DNA of 63,995 nucleotides, filler included, from Octopus bimaculoides (taxonomy: Eukaryota), in NCBI RefSeq assembly GCF_001194135.2. It is 6 parts of 6 records of this genome, joined end to end, with 100 filler letters (N's around TTAATTAATTAA, not from the genome) between each part and the next. Parts side by side here need not be neighbours in the genome. Positions count along the whole stretch, not along the records: positions 1 to 29,000 come from NC_068998.1; positions 29,101 to 41,892 come from NC_068983.1; 4 more parts are not named here. The stretch is one strand, 5' to 3'. The notes under the pieces were generated by a model, which made no database searches, was not told where the DNA came from, and saw only the letters and a program-made list of their open reading frames with translations. Positions 25,421-37,722 of this stretch are shown here, one piece after another. The position numbers and the translations under genes are program-made. Within the stretch, counting starts at the first letter, position 1; every line of letters begins with the position of its first letter.

Positions 25421-25609
25421 CACTAGGCACGTTATATAAATCTACTGATTTATTGTGTCTCTATAGCAAGAAACTATTCGTACTATTAGAACTCATATTT
25501 AAACATTGTCTATACATATATATGTATGTATGTACGTATGTATGTATATATCTATGTCTATCTGTATATATGTATATGTATGTGTATATATATATGTGTA
25601 TATATATAC

Positions 25610-25680
25610 TAATATATACTTTTGTTATTTACACCACCTGTCCTCGTCTGTTGTTATTATTTGTATATTCTCCTATATAT
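25610..25680 (+). repeat. Dispersed repeat shared with 49590-49760 (possibly Penelope pLTR-derived)
   Basis: acaccacctgtcctcgtctgttgttatt...tattctcctata versus acaccaccagacttcgtctgttgttg...tattctccctata. Family assignment is inference. Confidence 0.55.
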
Positions 25681-25691
25681 ATATATATATA

Positions 25692-25883
25692 TCGGGTGAC
25701 ACGTAAAAGCACCCACTACACTCTCTGAGTGGTTGGCGTTAGGAAGGGCATCCAGCTGTAGAAACTCTGCCAAATCAGACTGGAGCCTGGTGTTGCCATC
25801 CGGTTTCACCAGTCCTCAGTCAAATCGTCCAACCCATGCTAGCATGGAAAGCGGACGTTAAACGATGATGATGATGATGATGA

Positions 25884-25890
<7 letters not shown>
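25692..25890 (+). mobile_element. Young RTE-type 3' end / SINE tail ending in (GAT)n
   Basis: ggttggcgttaggaagggcatccagc...ccaacccatgctagcatggaaagcggacgttaaac(gat)n; contains the palindrome ccatgctagcatgg. Confidence 0.85.
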
Positions 25891-25946
<56 letters not shown>

Positions 25947-26340
25947 CATATATATATACATATATATATATACATACATATATACATACATGAGAGATGG
26001 AAGGTATGAGAATTTTTATTAATCACTACAATTGTTTTGACACATTTTGCATCAATTCTTCATGGGTGGAATACTTAACAACTGCTTCAGAAGCATCCAA
26101 CAGCGCAGATGTGTCTCTTTGGGTGATAAATAGATATAATTTGTTAAAATAACAGTTCTGCAATGTATCTTCTCATTTCATATAAAGAAAAGCAATAAAT
26201 TAAAGCATACAGCGTCATTGATATAGAAGATCAATAAAAAAAAATATACCTATGTGTGTGTGTATGTGTATATGTATATACACCTTTTTTGTATTTATTT
26301 ATTTTTACTCGCATATATATATATATATATGTACGTACCT

Positions 26341-27400
26341 ACCTTACTGACAGCATCCATGTACGTGGCATGCACAGCTCTCACTAACCATTCATCTATC
26401 CCTAGTTTCCTCATTGACCACCAGATAAGGGGTTGGAGGACCCTGTCAAAGGCTTTCTCCGTGTCAACGAAAGCCAGGTACAGAGGTTTTTCTTTGGCTA
26501 GCTATTTCTCCTGCAGCTGTCTTACCAGAAATATAGCATCAGTGGTGCTTTTCCCTGGCACGAATCCAAACTGCATCGCATCTAAACGGACTCTCTCCCT
26601 AATTAGTTGAGCTATGACCCTCTCCGTGACCTTCATTACCTGATCCAACGACTTGATACATCTGTAGTTATTTGTATCTAAAGCATCACCTTTACCTTTG
26701 TAGCAGATGACTATAGTGCTGCTACACCAGTCATTGGGTATGACTCTTTCATGTATCACCTGGTTAACTATATAGGTGACTAGGCTATAGCCGACACTGC
26801 CAGATATTTTGAGCATCTCTGCAGTGATTCCTGATGGGCCGGGAGCTTTCCCTGTCTTCATACTCTTAATTGCTTTATTTACCAAGGTACTGTCAATTCG
26901 GATAGCTGGTCCCTCTGTTGGTTCGACATTCAGCAGACTCTCTTTCTCCCATTCATTCTCTTTATTGAGTAACCTTTCATAGTGGCGTCTCCAAACCTCT
27001 CCCTTTGCAGCCTCGTCTAGTGCAAGTGAACCATCATCCATGCAGACACATTTCTCTCCTACGACATCACGATTCTCTCTCACACTGTCTTGCAACACGA
27101 AATACCCCAAGTCTTTGATCCTGTGCGTGCCATGTACAGGAACGTTGTCAGTAAGGTGAAGAATGTCAGTGTGCATACTCGACAGAGTGTAAGTACCTTG
27201 AGAGAAAAGTTGAACTTCAGAACCATCAGAGGTGGTGTGCAAGGGAGACGACTGCGCTGGTATGGTCATGTGGTACGAATGGATGAGGATAGCTGTGTGA
27301 AAAAGTGTCACACCCTAGCAGTAGAGGGAACCTGTGGAAGAGGTAGACCCAGGAAGAGGTAGACCCAGGAAGACCTGGGATGAGGTGGGGAAGCACGATC
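26341..27400. mobile_element. RTE LINE with 5' inversion: minus-strand RT N-terminal part 26341-27120, plus-strand C-terminal part 27121-27400
   Basis: Minus strand: RENRDVVGEKC...GKAPGPSGITAEMLK...NYRCIKSLDQVMKVTERV...QFGFVPGKSTTDAIFLVRQLQEK*LAK..LAFVDTEKAFDRVP. Plus strand: RRLRWYGHVVRM...GRGRPRK. Confidence 0.92.
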
Positions 27401-27492
27401 TTTTACTCTTTTACTTGTTTCAGTCATTTGACTGTGGCCATGCTGGAGCACCACCTTTAATCGAGCAAATCGACCCCAGGACTTATTCTTTG
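27401..27492 (-). mobile_element. SINE family A 3' end inserted in the RTE tail, running into a gap
   Basis: tcttttacttgtttcagtcatttgactgtggccatgctggagcacc. Confidence 0.9.
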
Positions 27493-28500
27493 NNNNNNNN
27501 NNNNNNNNNNNNNNNNNNNNNNNNNNNNNNNNNNNNNNNNNNNNNNNNNNNNNNNNNNNNNNNNNNNNNNNNNNNNNNNNNNNNNNNNNNNNNNNNNNNN
27601 NNNNNNNNNNNNNNNNNNNNNNNNNNNNNNNNNNNNNNNNNNNNNNNNNNNNNNNNNNNNNNNNNNNNNNNNNNNNNNNNNNNNNNNNNNNNNNNNNNNN
27701 NNNNNNNNNNNNNNNNNNNNNNNNNNNNNNNNNNNNNNNNNNNNNNNNNNNNNNNNNNNNNNNNNNNNNNNNNNNNNNNNNNNNNNNNNNNNNNNNNNNN
27801 NNNNNNNNNNNNNNNNNNNNNNNNNNNNNNNNNNNNNNNNNNNNNNNNNNNNNNNNNNNNNNNNNNNNNNNNNNNNNNNNNNNNNNNNNNNNNNNNNNNN
27901 NNNNNNNNNNNNNNNNNNNNNNNNNNNNNNNNNNNNNNNNNNNNNNNNNNNNNNNNNNNNNNNNNNNNNNNNNNNNNNNNNNNNNNNNNNNNNNNNNNNN
28001 NNNNNNNNNNNNNNNNNNNNNNNNNNNNNNNNNNNNNNNNNNNNNNNNNNNNNNNNNNNNNNNNNNNNNNNNNNNNNNNNNNNNNNNNNNNNNNNNNNNN
28101 NNNNNNNNNNNNNNNNNNNNNNNNNNNNNNNNNNNNNNNNNNNNNNNNNNNNNNNNNNNNNNNNNNNNNNNNNNNNNNNNNNNNNNNNNNNNNNNNNNNN
28201 NNNNNNNNNNNNNNNNNNNNNNNNNNNNNNNNNNNNNNNNNNNNNNNNNNNNNNNNNNNNNNNNNNNNNNNNNNNNNNNNNNNNNNNNNNNNNNNNNNNN
28301 NNNNNNNNNNNNNNNNNNNNNNNNNNNNNNNNNNNNNNNNNNNNNNNNNNNNNNNNNNNNNNNNNNNNNNNNNNNNNNNNNNNNNNNNNNNNNNNNNNNN
28401 NNNNNNNNNNNNNNTATATATATATATATATATATACATGTGTATGTATATATATATATATATACACATGTGTGTATATATATATGTATATATATGTGTG

Positions 28501-28546
<46 letters not shown>

Positions 28547-28957
28547 TGTGTTTAAAGAATAAGGAGAAAATGAAGAGGTAATTATTAAAATTATATACTA
28601 ATCATAAAATATGACAACGTCTCTGACAGCTGTTTCACTTTAGAATTTATTTATAAAATTAATATCATGATAATATGAATCTCTTCAGAGGTAATAAGGA
28701 TATACTGATTAGAAATTCATATTGAGATAACGACTATGAAACCATTAACTGATAGCAAATAGACAAAATGAAAAGAACAGATTAATATAATATCATAGGG
28801 TATTGAGAAAGAGAAAAGAAAAAAGAAAAAGAGAAGGAAGTTTGGTAACTAACCAGTATTTTCATTGGATTTATGTTCTCTTAATGAGGTTTATTACCTT
28901 TTCTTGATATATATATATATATTACACACACATATATATCTTATGTATATATGTATG

Positions 28958-29000
<43 letters not shown>

Positions 29001-29100
29001 NNNNNNNNNNNNNNNNNNNNNNNNNNNNNNNNNNNNNNNNNNNNTTAATTAATTAANNNNNNNNNNNNNNNNNNNNNNNNNNNNNNNNNNNNNNNNNNNN
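29001..29100. other. 100-bp scaffold gap containing an artificial TTAATTAATTAA linker (same pattern at 41893, 51458, 58451 and 62287)
   Basis: 44 N + TTAATTAATTAA (stops in all six frames) + 44 N, five times. Other N runs begin at 15282, 27493, 38490, 42645, 44295, 48998, 55086 and 59130. Confidence 0.95.
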
Positions 29101-29612
29101 CAGATAAAGCTTGGCTGATATAGGCCATCTTGGTTGGCGTTTGTCAGATGACATCAGAGACCAAGGAGGAGATAAATGACATTCGCTTCGTTAATTTTAC
29201 GTCGAGATAAGAACTTTGGGACAAATTGGCCAATAGATGAAATTCAACTTGGGACTGAAACAATAGAATGATTGCATTACAAAATTAATTCTCACCCGTC
29301 CTTAACTTCTGATAAAACAGTAGAGACTCCAGCAAAAAAGATCTGAAGAAGGAATTCTAATTCCGAAATATCATCGGACTATAGTTTACCAAGTTACAAC
29401 AGGTATATAGTCCATTTTTTGTTCTATAGTGCATTGTTATATCTTCCTAAACTTTTTATTCTTTAGAAGTATTATAGTCATGCTATTTAGCTCGCTTCAA
29501 TTTTGGGTTGCAGTCCCAATTAGCCCTCCACAGGCGCTAGCTAAAAAGTCTGCGTGGAGTGCAGCTTTTAAGCTAGTGTGTAATGAAATAATAATAAGAA
29601 AATGACAGTTAC

Positions 29613-29773
29613 GTAACAAGCATCTTTAGAGAAGCCGCTGGCACAGAAAGCACCGTCATAAAATTTGTACGCATTTCGTTCCTCGTCTGGCAATGTAAAC
29701 AACCTTGATTTGCAGATTGCGTCAGAAATGGTATCTATACTCGCTTGGTAAGGCATTGCAGAACCTTTGCCGT
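29613..29773 (-). CDS. Trypsin-family (S1) serine protease exon, C168-C191 region
   Basis: tttctttacag|AC...TAC|gtaact, 161 nt, phase 1-0: GKGSAMPYQASIDTISDAICKSRLFTLPDEERNAYKFYDGAFCASGFSKDACY. Ends exactly before the expected GDSGGP. Confidence 0.88.
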
Positions 29774-30017
29774 CTGTAAAGAAAGGAAATATAATGAATG
29801 TTAGTGTGGATATCGATAACTAACAACAATAAGAAGAAAAAAATGGATCAAATCGATAGAGTCGGTTTGATTTATGGAGTCGCTAATCTTACGGGGACGT
29901 AAAGAAACCAACGCCAGTTTGTTTACGTCCTCGTTAAGTTTCATCCAGTGATGGTAGTGGCAGGACAAATAAACCCCATCACACATATACATACTTAAAT
30001 GCATACTTATAAACACA

Positions 30018-30066
<49 letters not shown>

Positions 30067-30076
30067 CATATACACA

Positions 30077-31291
30077 CACAAACATAACAGAAGTAAATAG
30101 ACACGCCATAAAACATCGTTTTATGTTTATTCTGACTTGTAAAGGTTTATATTTTTTATTGGTTGATATTTTTATGTTTCAGATTCTATATGTGACAGTT
30201 TAATCATGTCATGTACAAAAGAAGTCTTGGAACTGTCTGAATTTCAAAGAGGCTGATTTGTAGGTCGTTCTGAAAGTGGACATAGCGTAAAATCGCAGAA
30301 AACCTTAGGAACCCGCTGTCTACATTTAATAGAGTAATTGTGCAGTTCACTAGAGGGTCCACATCAACTCACCACATCACCCTCTGACAGGACCCTTCTC
30401 TTTGCTAAGAGAAGTGTGGAGGATAATCTTCGCTGCAAGGCCTTTGGCATAGCAGAACAAGTTGATATCAGTCCCTGAACTTGGTTACTATGGCAGAGCA
30501 ACAAGAAGGAAGCCACTTCTTCGACCAGCCAACATCAAGCGGAAAAAAGATTGAGCCAGTGAGATGGTGGAGAGGCCACTAGCATTTTGGGACACTGTCA
30601 TATTCTCAGATTTGCTGTATTTTCTGACAGTGGTCGAATGTGGGTCTGGAGACTCTGTGATCAAGAATTTAATGTGAAACGATTGCAGCCAACAATGAAA
30701 CACGGCAGCTATTCTGCGATGGTTTGGGGAGCAATTCGGAGGAATAATTGATCAGAGCTGGTGGAGTGTAAGGGAAACATAAACTCAGATAAATATGTGT
30801 CCATATTGCAGAAAGGACTCCTTCCTATCTTCTCCAGTAGTGAAATGATTAAAGAAGACTCTATATTTATGGAAGATGGGGCTCCTTGTCACACGATTAC
30901 AGTGACCCAAGATTTGTTGGATGAGAATGGCATTAAAAAACTTCCATGGCCAAGCTAGTCACCAGATATGAACCCTATTGAACATTTCTGAGACATAGTG
31001 GACAGGATACTTAAAAAAAAAAAAAAAAAAAAGGAACAGGAAAGCATCTTCAGAACCAGATCTTTTGAGATTACTACATGAAACTTGGCAAGAAATTCCG
31101 CAAGAGAATATTCGTCATCTAATCAGTAATATGCTTAATAGGGTCCTTGCATTGAAAAATGCAAAGGGCATGTCTACTAAATATTAAATATTCCCATTAT
31201 AACAATTAATAAATAATTTGAATGCATAATTTCAGATTTAAATAAATGTTAATGATCATAAAGGTGTCTATTTACTTCTGTCATATCTGTG
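30077..31291 (+). mobile_element. Decayed Tc1 transposon inside the protease intron
   Basis: TIRs acagaagtaaatagacac / gtgtctatttacttctgt. Remnants ELSEFQRG, VWGAI, KGNINSDKYVSILQ, FMEDGAPCHT, LPWPS*SPDMNPIEH. Confidence 0.88.
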
Positions 31292-31298
31292 TACATAT

Positions 31299-31720
<422 letters not shown>

Positions 31721-32039
31721 TATACATATGTCTGTCTATCTGTATGTATGTATGTATGTATGTATGTATGCATGTATGTATGTATGCATGTTATCAATCA
31801 GTTTCATTTCTGTATTTCTTGTCCATAGAGAAAGAGCCGGATTCTAACATAGATTCAAGGCTCCTTCATTGGAACTTTTATCAACATCATCTAGGTATTT
31901 GTGCATATGTGTGTGTGTGCAGTATTTGGTGTTAGTGTATGCGCAGATTTGTATGTTTGTTTTATGGATGCGTTTTTATGAATATATTTTCATGTCTAGA
32001 TGCATGCATATGTATTTATGTGCTAAACTTTTGGAAAGT

Positions 32040-32125
32040 TTTACATATCTTTACAGTTCCATTGATGGCTTGAACCTGTAGTCTTCTAATAAGCTTCTTT
32101 CATTCAGGTTTTGAGAACCCTAATG
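32040..32125 (-). mobile_element. RLE-type non-LTR C-terminal fragment
   Basis: LGFSKPE*KKLIRRLQVQAINGTVKI; homologous to 58195-58285. Confidence 0.6.
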
Positions 32126-32638
32126 TATGTATGCATGTATGTATGTATGTATGTATGTATGGATGGATGGATGGATGGATGTATGTAGATAGATATCAAA
32201 GTATGCAATATTATTTATCTATTTCAGCCGATCTAATGAATCGATTACCCACCGGGTATTAAATAAAACAGGTGCTCTTCGGAGATAGCACATAAGAAAA
32301 AAATATGGTGATTCCTCTCTGGATAAAATATTTTAGCCACATTTTTCCGATGAGGGTGACATGGCCTTGCCACACGGATTCGTAGGAACTTGTGTTATTC
32401 CACGCACACCTACGACATTACGGGTTTTTGTTATCTTATGAACGCAGTCACAGCATAAGCCATGCTTCACCCAAAACCGCTGTCAAAATAAGGCTATTAC
32501 ATAACTCATTATGTCTATTTTATATTTTGTACTTTGTACTTTATATTCCATGTAAATATAATTATAAAGCCTATTTCTGTTTGCCTGCCTTAATGAGTAC
32601 AGGAGAGAAAAATAAAAATAAAATGGCGATTAACTTAC

Positions 32639-32788
32639 TGGTAGAAAGGGTACCCCATCCGGTAACAGTACAAGTCTCACCCACAAGGAAAGTCTCGTTC
32701 TTGTGAAGGCAAATCGTATTGACGTGCTTGCTAATAACGACGGGTTTTCGCAGTTTCAATAATGCAATGTCATATTTGATAGGTTTTA
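32639..32788 (-). CDS. S1 serine protease exon carrying catalytic Asp102
   Basis: Long pyrimidine tract ending ccacag, donor ACC A|gtaagt, 150 nt, phase 1-1: KPIKYDIALLKLRKPVVISKHVNTICLHKNETFLVGETCTVTGWGTLST. Confidence 0.93.
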
Positions 32789-32909
32789 CTGTGGTGGCCA
32801 CGGCAGGAAAATTGAAAATGAAAAACAAAACAAAAATAAGAGAAAACGTAGATAAGTTATGAATAAAATTCGAAAGGAAAAGAAAGGAAGGAAGAAAGAA
32901 AGGAAAAGG

Positions 32910-33245
32910 GGCATGGCTGTGTGGTTAAGAAGGCTGCTTGCAACCACATAATCCCGCGTTCGATCCCACTACACGACACTGGACAAGTATCTTTTATTAT
33001 AGTCTCTGGTTGATTAATATCCTGTTAATAGAATTTAGGGCGGCGAGCTGGCAGAATCGGTAGCACGCCGGACAAAATGCTTAGCAGCATTTCGTCCGTC
33101 TTTACGTTCGGAGTTCAAATTCCATCGAGGAGGTTGACTTTGCCTTTCATCCTTTTGGGGTCAATTAAAAAAGTATCAGTTGATAGATTTAATCGACTTG
33201 ACCCCTTCTCTAGATTTGCTCCTCTTGTGCCATAATTTGAAACGA
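32910..33245 (+). mobile_element. SINE A head fused to SINE family B
   Basis: ggggcatggctgtgtggttaag... followed by agggcggcgagctggcagaatcgg... at ~33037. Confidence 0.8.
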
Positions 33246-33309
33246 ACACTTTGTTAGTGGAATTTGATAGTAAAACAATTGTAAAGTGATGTGAAGTGAT
33301 AAGCACAAA

Positions 33310-33364
<55 letters not shown>

Positions 33365-33429
33365 GCATACACACACACGCACGCACGCACACACACACAC
33401 ATCACATGTATATATGTGTATATATATTC

Positions 33430-33477
<48 letters not shown>

Positions 33478-33719
33478 GTATACTTGTGTGTATATATGTG
33501 AGTGTGTATGCGTATATATATATGTGTGTGAGTGTGTGTGTATATATATGTGTCAGTGTGTGGGGGGTGAGCATACATTTATGAGTGTCTATGTATATAT
33601 GCATGTATAGTTGTGTGTATATGTATGTGAGTGTGTGTGTGTGTGTGTATGTGTGTGTATGTATATATATATATGTGAGTGTGTATGGGGGAGGGTATCT
33701 ATATGCGTGTGTGCGCGTG

Positions 33720-33870
33720 TGTGTGTTTCCCTCAAATCGTACACATGACACTAAACTCATAAGCTATTAGTCGGCCCATGGTTATAGAAGAAGGCTCTTG
33801 CACAAGGTACTGCACAGCGGGACTGAACCCGATACCACATGGTTGTAAAGCAAACTTCATAACCACACGG
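33720..33870 (-). mobile_element. SINE family A head
   Basis: Reverse complement contains gaccgtgtggttatgaagtttgctttacaaccatgtggtatcgggttcagtcccgctg. Confidence 0.75.
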
Positions 33871-34053
33871 TCATTCCTATCAAAAGTTAGTGATAAAAAG
33901 AAATTTAAACTTAGCAATTAGTTTACAATTTGAAGATTTAATGTTTTTAACGAACCACCAGAAAATTTCGAAGGATATTAAGGAAATATCTTTCAAGGAA
34001 CGAGTTGAGTGGAAATTCTAAATTCAATGAAGATAGTGCGAAATCAAATTTGG

Positions 34054-34277
34054 CTCGAGATCAACATTGCCTCGAGATCAATTTTGTCTCTAGATCAACT
34101 TTATCTCAAAATTAACTTTGTCTCGAGTTCAACTTTGTCTCGAGATCAACTTTGTCTCAAAATTAACTTTGTCTCGAGATCATCTTTGTCTCCCAAGATC
34201 AACTTTGTCTCTCAAGATCAACTTTTTCTCGAGATCAACTTTATCTCGAGATCAACTTTATCTCGAGATCAACTTTA
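34054..34277 (+). repeat. 17-bp minisatellite (ctcgagatcaactttgt), about 13 units
   Basis: Direct reading; degenerate units with no spacers. Confidence 0.95.
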
Positions 34278-34564
34278 CCATTCACCCTTCGAGGGTGGTA
34301 GACTTAATCCACAACCACCCGGTTAGATACCCCCATCTCTTACTTTGGTAGCCCTTAGCTGACCACTATTGTAAGCATTCAAGCCACCAGTATATAGATC
34401 CTTTCCCCTTCTTTTCCTACCATTGTTGGATGCTCTGTAAAGTGTTATAGGCACTTATTTCCGCTCAACTGACTCAGAAAAACAATCAGTTTTCGCTGTG
34501 AACGGACACTGGGAAAACGTTGATACTAAGTAGAGAAAAGGGGAAAGCAGCAAGTTGTCAAAAA

Positions 34565-34745
34565 TCGTTGATACTCCGGACAAAATGCTTAGCGGCATAA
34601 ATTTTGAATTCAAGTGCCACCTAGGTTGACTTTGCTTTTCATAATTTCGGAGACGATAAAATAAAGTAACAGTGAAGTACGTGGGTGGATGTAATCGACT
34701 TGCTCCCTTCCCTAAAAATTTCTGGCCTTGTGTCAAAATTTAAAG
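34565..34745 (+). mobile_element. SINE family B
   Basis: ccggacaaaatgcttagcggc...gttgactttgcttttcat...gtaatcgact...ggccttgtgtc. Confidence 0.8.
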
Positions 34746-34776
34746 GAATTAAATAGAAAACAGAGAAAGAACTTAC

Positions 34777-34910
34777 ATGTAAAGTTGTCATATGTGATGA
34801 TTTTTTCGATGGCTCTAATCTGTTCATAGCTTTCATTTTTCCTCAAGTCGTATTCACCAACTACAGCTGACCAATAATTGATATTATGAAGATTGCTGAA
34901 CACGTACTCC
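34777..34910 (-). CDS. S1 serine protease exon between His57 and Asp102
   Basis: tttatttctggtag|G...ACA T|gtaagt, 134 nt, phase 2-1: EYVFSNLHNINYWSAVVGEYDLRKNESYEQIRAIEKIITYDNFT. Confidence 0.92.
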
Positions 34911-35719
34911 CTACCAGAAATAAAACAACAATAACGTTAATCTAAAACCGCGATGTAAACATAGAATTTTACATGCTTAAATCTTGTTCAAGTATGAAAG
35001 ATATTTTAACCAGTAAAGGGCTTTGACTACAGTTCGTCGTGAAGAAAAAGTCTTTCTTTAGACCCAAAGGCATTAAAACATCATAGTCAGTTCAGAGCAC
35101 TTTCTATTGCTTTGGTGAATGCATTTCGAACTCGTTATTTCTCTTCAGTACCAGACACCAACAAAGACAATACTGATTTGACAAGAAAACTTTGCTTTCA
35201 TTATCATAAATTAATCAATAATATTGATTGATAGAGCACATTGGTCTTAAGGTTGTATATAATTAGGCATACTTAATTTCTTTGGAACAAAACTGGAACT
35301 AAAAAAGAATTTTCAGTTCCAGTTTTCTGTCACCATTATCTCAATCTCTGGTAAACATTAAAAAAAATTGCGTAATAACCATTTTTCTCCACACTAAATA
35401 TGGAATTTACAAGGTGAGATAGAAAAAAAAAACTTCCCATTTTTTTTATATGTCAATTGATGTGGCACTTATGAAAGTAGGTACATCGTAATCGGAATGA
35501 AAAGTTTGGTGGAGTTGTTTGGATGCAGATGATTTAGCACAGCTTACTGGTCAGTCAGCCTTGTTTTGGCAACAGAACTTCTTGGCACTCGAGGCAAACA
35601 CACACCCGATCTTAACCCACATACATGCATGCGCGCGCAGGAATATACACATGCAGATAGAAAGAGTGAGAGAGAGAGGTGGAGAGAGAGCGCAAGAAGA
35701 AGAGGCATTACAATTTATA

Positions 35720-36540
35720 AACACGGTGTGGTTGTGTGGTAAAAAGCTTGCTTTTAACTACATGGTTCCGAGTTCAGTCCGACTGCGTGGCACTTTGGGC
35801 AACTGTCTTCTACTATAGCCTCGGGCCGACCAAAGCCTTGTGAGTAGATTTGGTGGACGGAAACTGAAAAGAAGCCCGTCCTGTATAAGTGTGTGTATGT
35901 TTGTCACTCCACCATTGCTTGACATCCGATGTTAGTGTATTTACGTCCCCGTAACTTAGCGATTCGGTAAAAAAGACCGATAGAATAAGTGGTAGGCTTA
36001 CAAAGAATAAGTCCTAGAGTTGATTTATTCGACTAAAGGCTGTGCTCCAGCATGGCCACAGTCAAATGACTGAAACAAGCAAAAGAATAAAAGACAAAAA
36101 CCCAGAGAAGATGACTCTGATATCTGGTGGCTGTGTGGTAAGACGCTTGCTTCCCAGTCACATGGTTCTAGGTTCAGTCTCACTGAGTAGAACCTTGGCG
36201 AAGTGTTTTTTACTATATCCTCGGGCCGACGAAATGTTTGTGAGTGAATTTTGCAGACAGAAACTGAAAGAAGCTCGTCGCACATGTATGCATGTGTGCG
36301 CGCGCACGGATGTGCTTTCGAGTCTGTGTTTGTTCCCCACCATCGCTTAACAACTGGTGTTGGTGTATTTACGTCAACCGGTGTTGGTGTATAACTTGGT
36401 GACTCGGCAAAAGACACCGATAGAATAACTACCAGGCTTTAGAAATTAAGTATTGAAGTCGATTCATTCGACTAAAAATTCTTCAAAGCGGTGCCCCAGC
36501 ATAGCCGTAGTCTAATGCCTAAAACAAGTAAAAGATAAAA
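35720..36540 (+). mobile_element. Two head-to-tail full-length SINE family A copies (35720-36090, 36125-36540)
   Basis: Both show the head gtgtggtaa..gcttgctt, internal TG tract and tail ctgaaacaag / taaaacaagtaaaaga. Confidence 0.88.
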
Positions 36541-37317
36541 TATAGATACACATAAAAAGAAATAATATTCATTCATATAAACAGAGTGAGAGCGAGGGAA
36601 AGAAAAAGAAAGAGGTAGGAAGAGAGATATTATAAGATCTAAATAAATACAATTGACACAAACCCGTTCCCCTCCTCCATACAAACACATATATACATAC
36701 ACATATACTGACATAGAAATATGAAGTTTTGATATAAGAAATTAATTTGGTAGTCATATCGTTGTCGTTAATGTACTGAAGTTTCACCCGGGAGTCTCAA
36801 ATTCAATCCAATTCCTACCATTGTCATACTTTAGGCAAATTTTATTAAATCAAATTATGTGTGTGAATGTGAGTGTATCTAGTAACGTTCCAAATTTTAA
36901 AAAACATAATAATAACGTATACATTATACATGTCTACAAAATATTAATTCATAAGAATTTGAAGATAGTATAATCAAAATATAGTTATATAAAGTGATTT
37001 ATTTGCTTAGGGTTATGCCATGCGGACGATTTCAAATAAGGATGAAATGGTGCTGCACATGGCTGCCTATGGCTAGAAATTTTAAGACCTTTATAATATG
37101 TAGGAAAAATAAATATTAAATGTGTATGGTTTGTACCTCTTCATTACTCCTTGATTTAAAATTCAAACGAGTAATATTCTCCACTAAACGTGATCGAGAA
37201 AGGATTGCTTTCCTTACGATAGCTTACCACCAAGGTGCGTCACTTGTACAAAATAAAGTTTTATTTCGGATTTCTCAGTTAAAATGTATATATATATATA
37301 AATATGTATGTTGTTGT

Positions 37318-37697
37318 TGGCACTCCGTCGCTTACGACGTCGAGGGTTACAGTTGATCTGATCAACGGAACAGCCTGCTCGTGAAATTAACGTGCAAGTG
37401 GCTGAGCACTCCACAGACACGTGTACCCTTAATGTAGTTCTCGGGGATATTCAGCGTGACACAGTGTGACAACGCTGACCCTTTGAATTACAGGCACAGC
37501 AGAAACAGGAAGTAAGAGTGAGAGAAAGTTGTGGTGAAAGAGTACAGCAGGGTTCGCCACCATCCCCTGCCGGAGCCTCGTGGAGCTTTAGGTGTTTTCG
37601 CTCAATAAACACTCACAATGCCCGGTCTGGGAATCGAAACCGCGATCCTATGACCGCGAGTCCGCTGCCCTAACCACTGGACCATTGCACCTCCACA
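37318..37697 (-). mobile_element. Young tRNA-derived SINE (family E), CpG-rich
   Basis: Minus head gtggaggtgcaatggtccagtggttagggcagcggactcgcgg...ggtttcgattcccagacc; long non-tRNA tail. Confidence 0.88.
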
Positions 37698-37722
37698 TAA
37701 ATATGAATATATTGAAACTTAC

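Noticed and set aside
27334-28581. 415-aa ORF and other X-rich ORFs
   Set aside because: Open only because they run through N gaps.
34054-34277. CRISPR-like array
   Set aside because: Contiguous units with no spacers, no cas genes, eukaryotic context.
34340-34530. Possible extra protease exon(s) in this intron
   Set aside because: Exons 34777-34910 and 32639-32788 already join in frame with no gap in the S1 alignment, and the candidates have stops or wrong phases.
37620-37697. tRNA-like sequence (and similar heads at 13434, 31395 and 41700)
   Set aside because: No clean cloverleaf and fused to SINE bodies, so these are SINE heads rather than tRNA genes.
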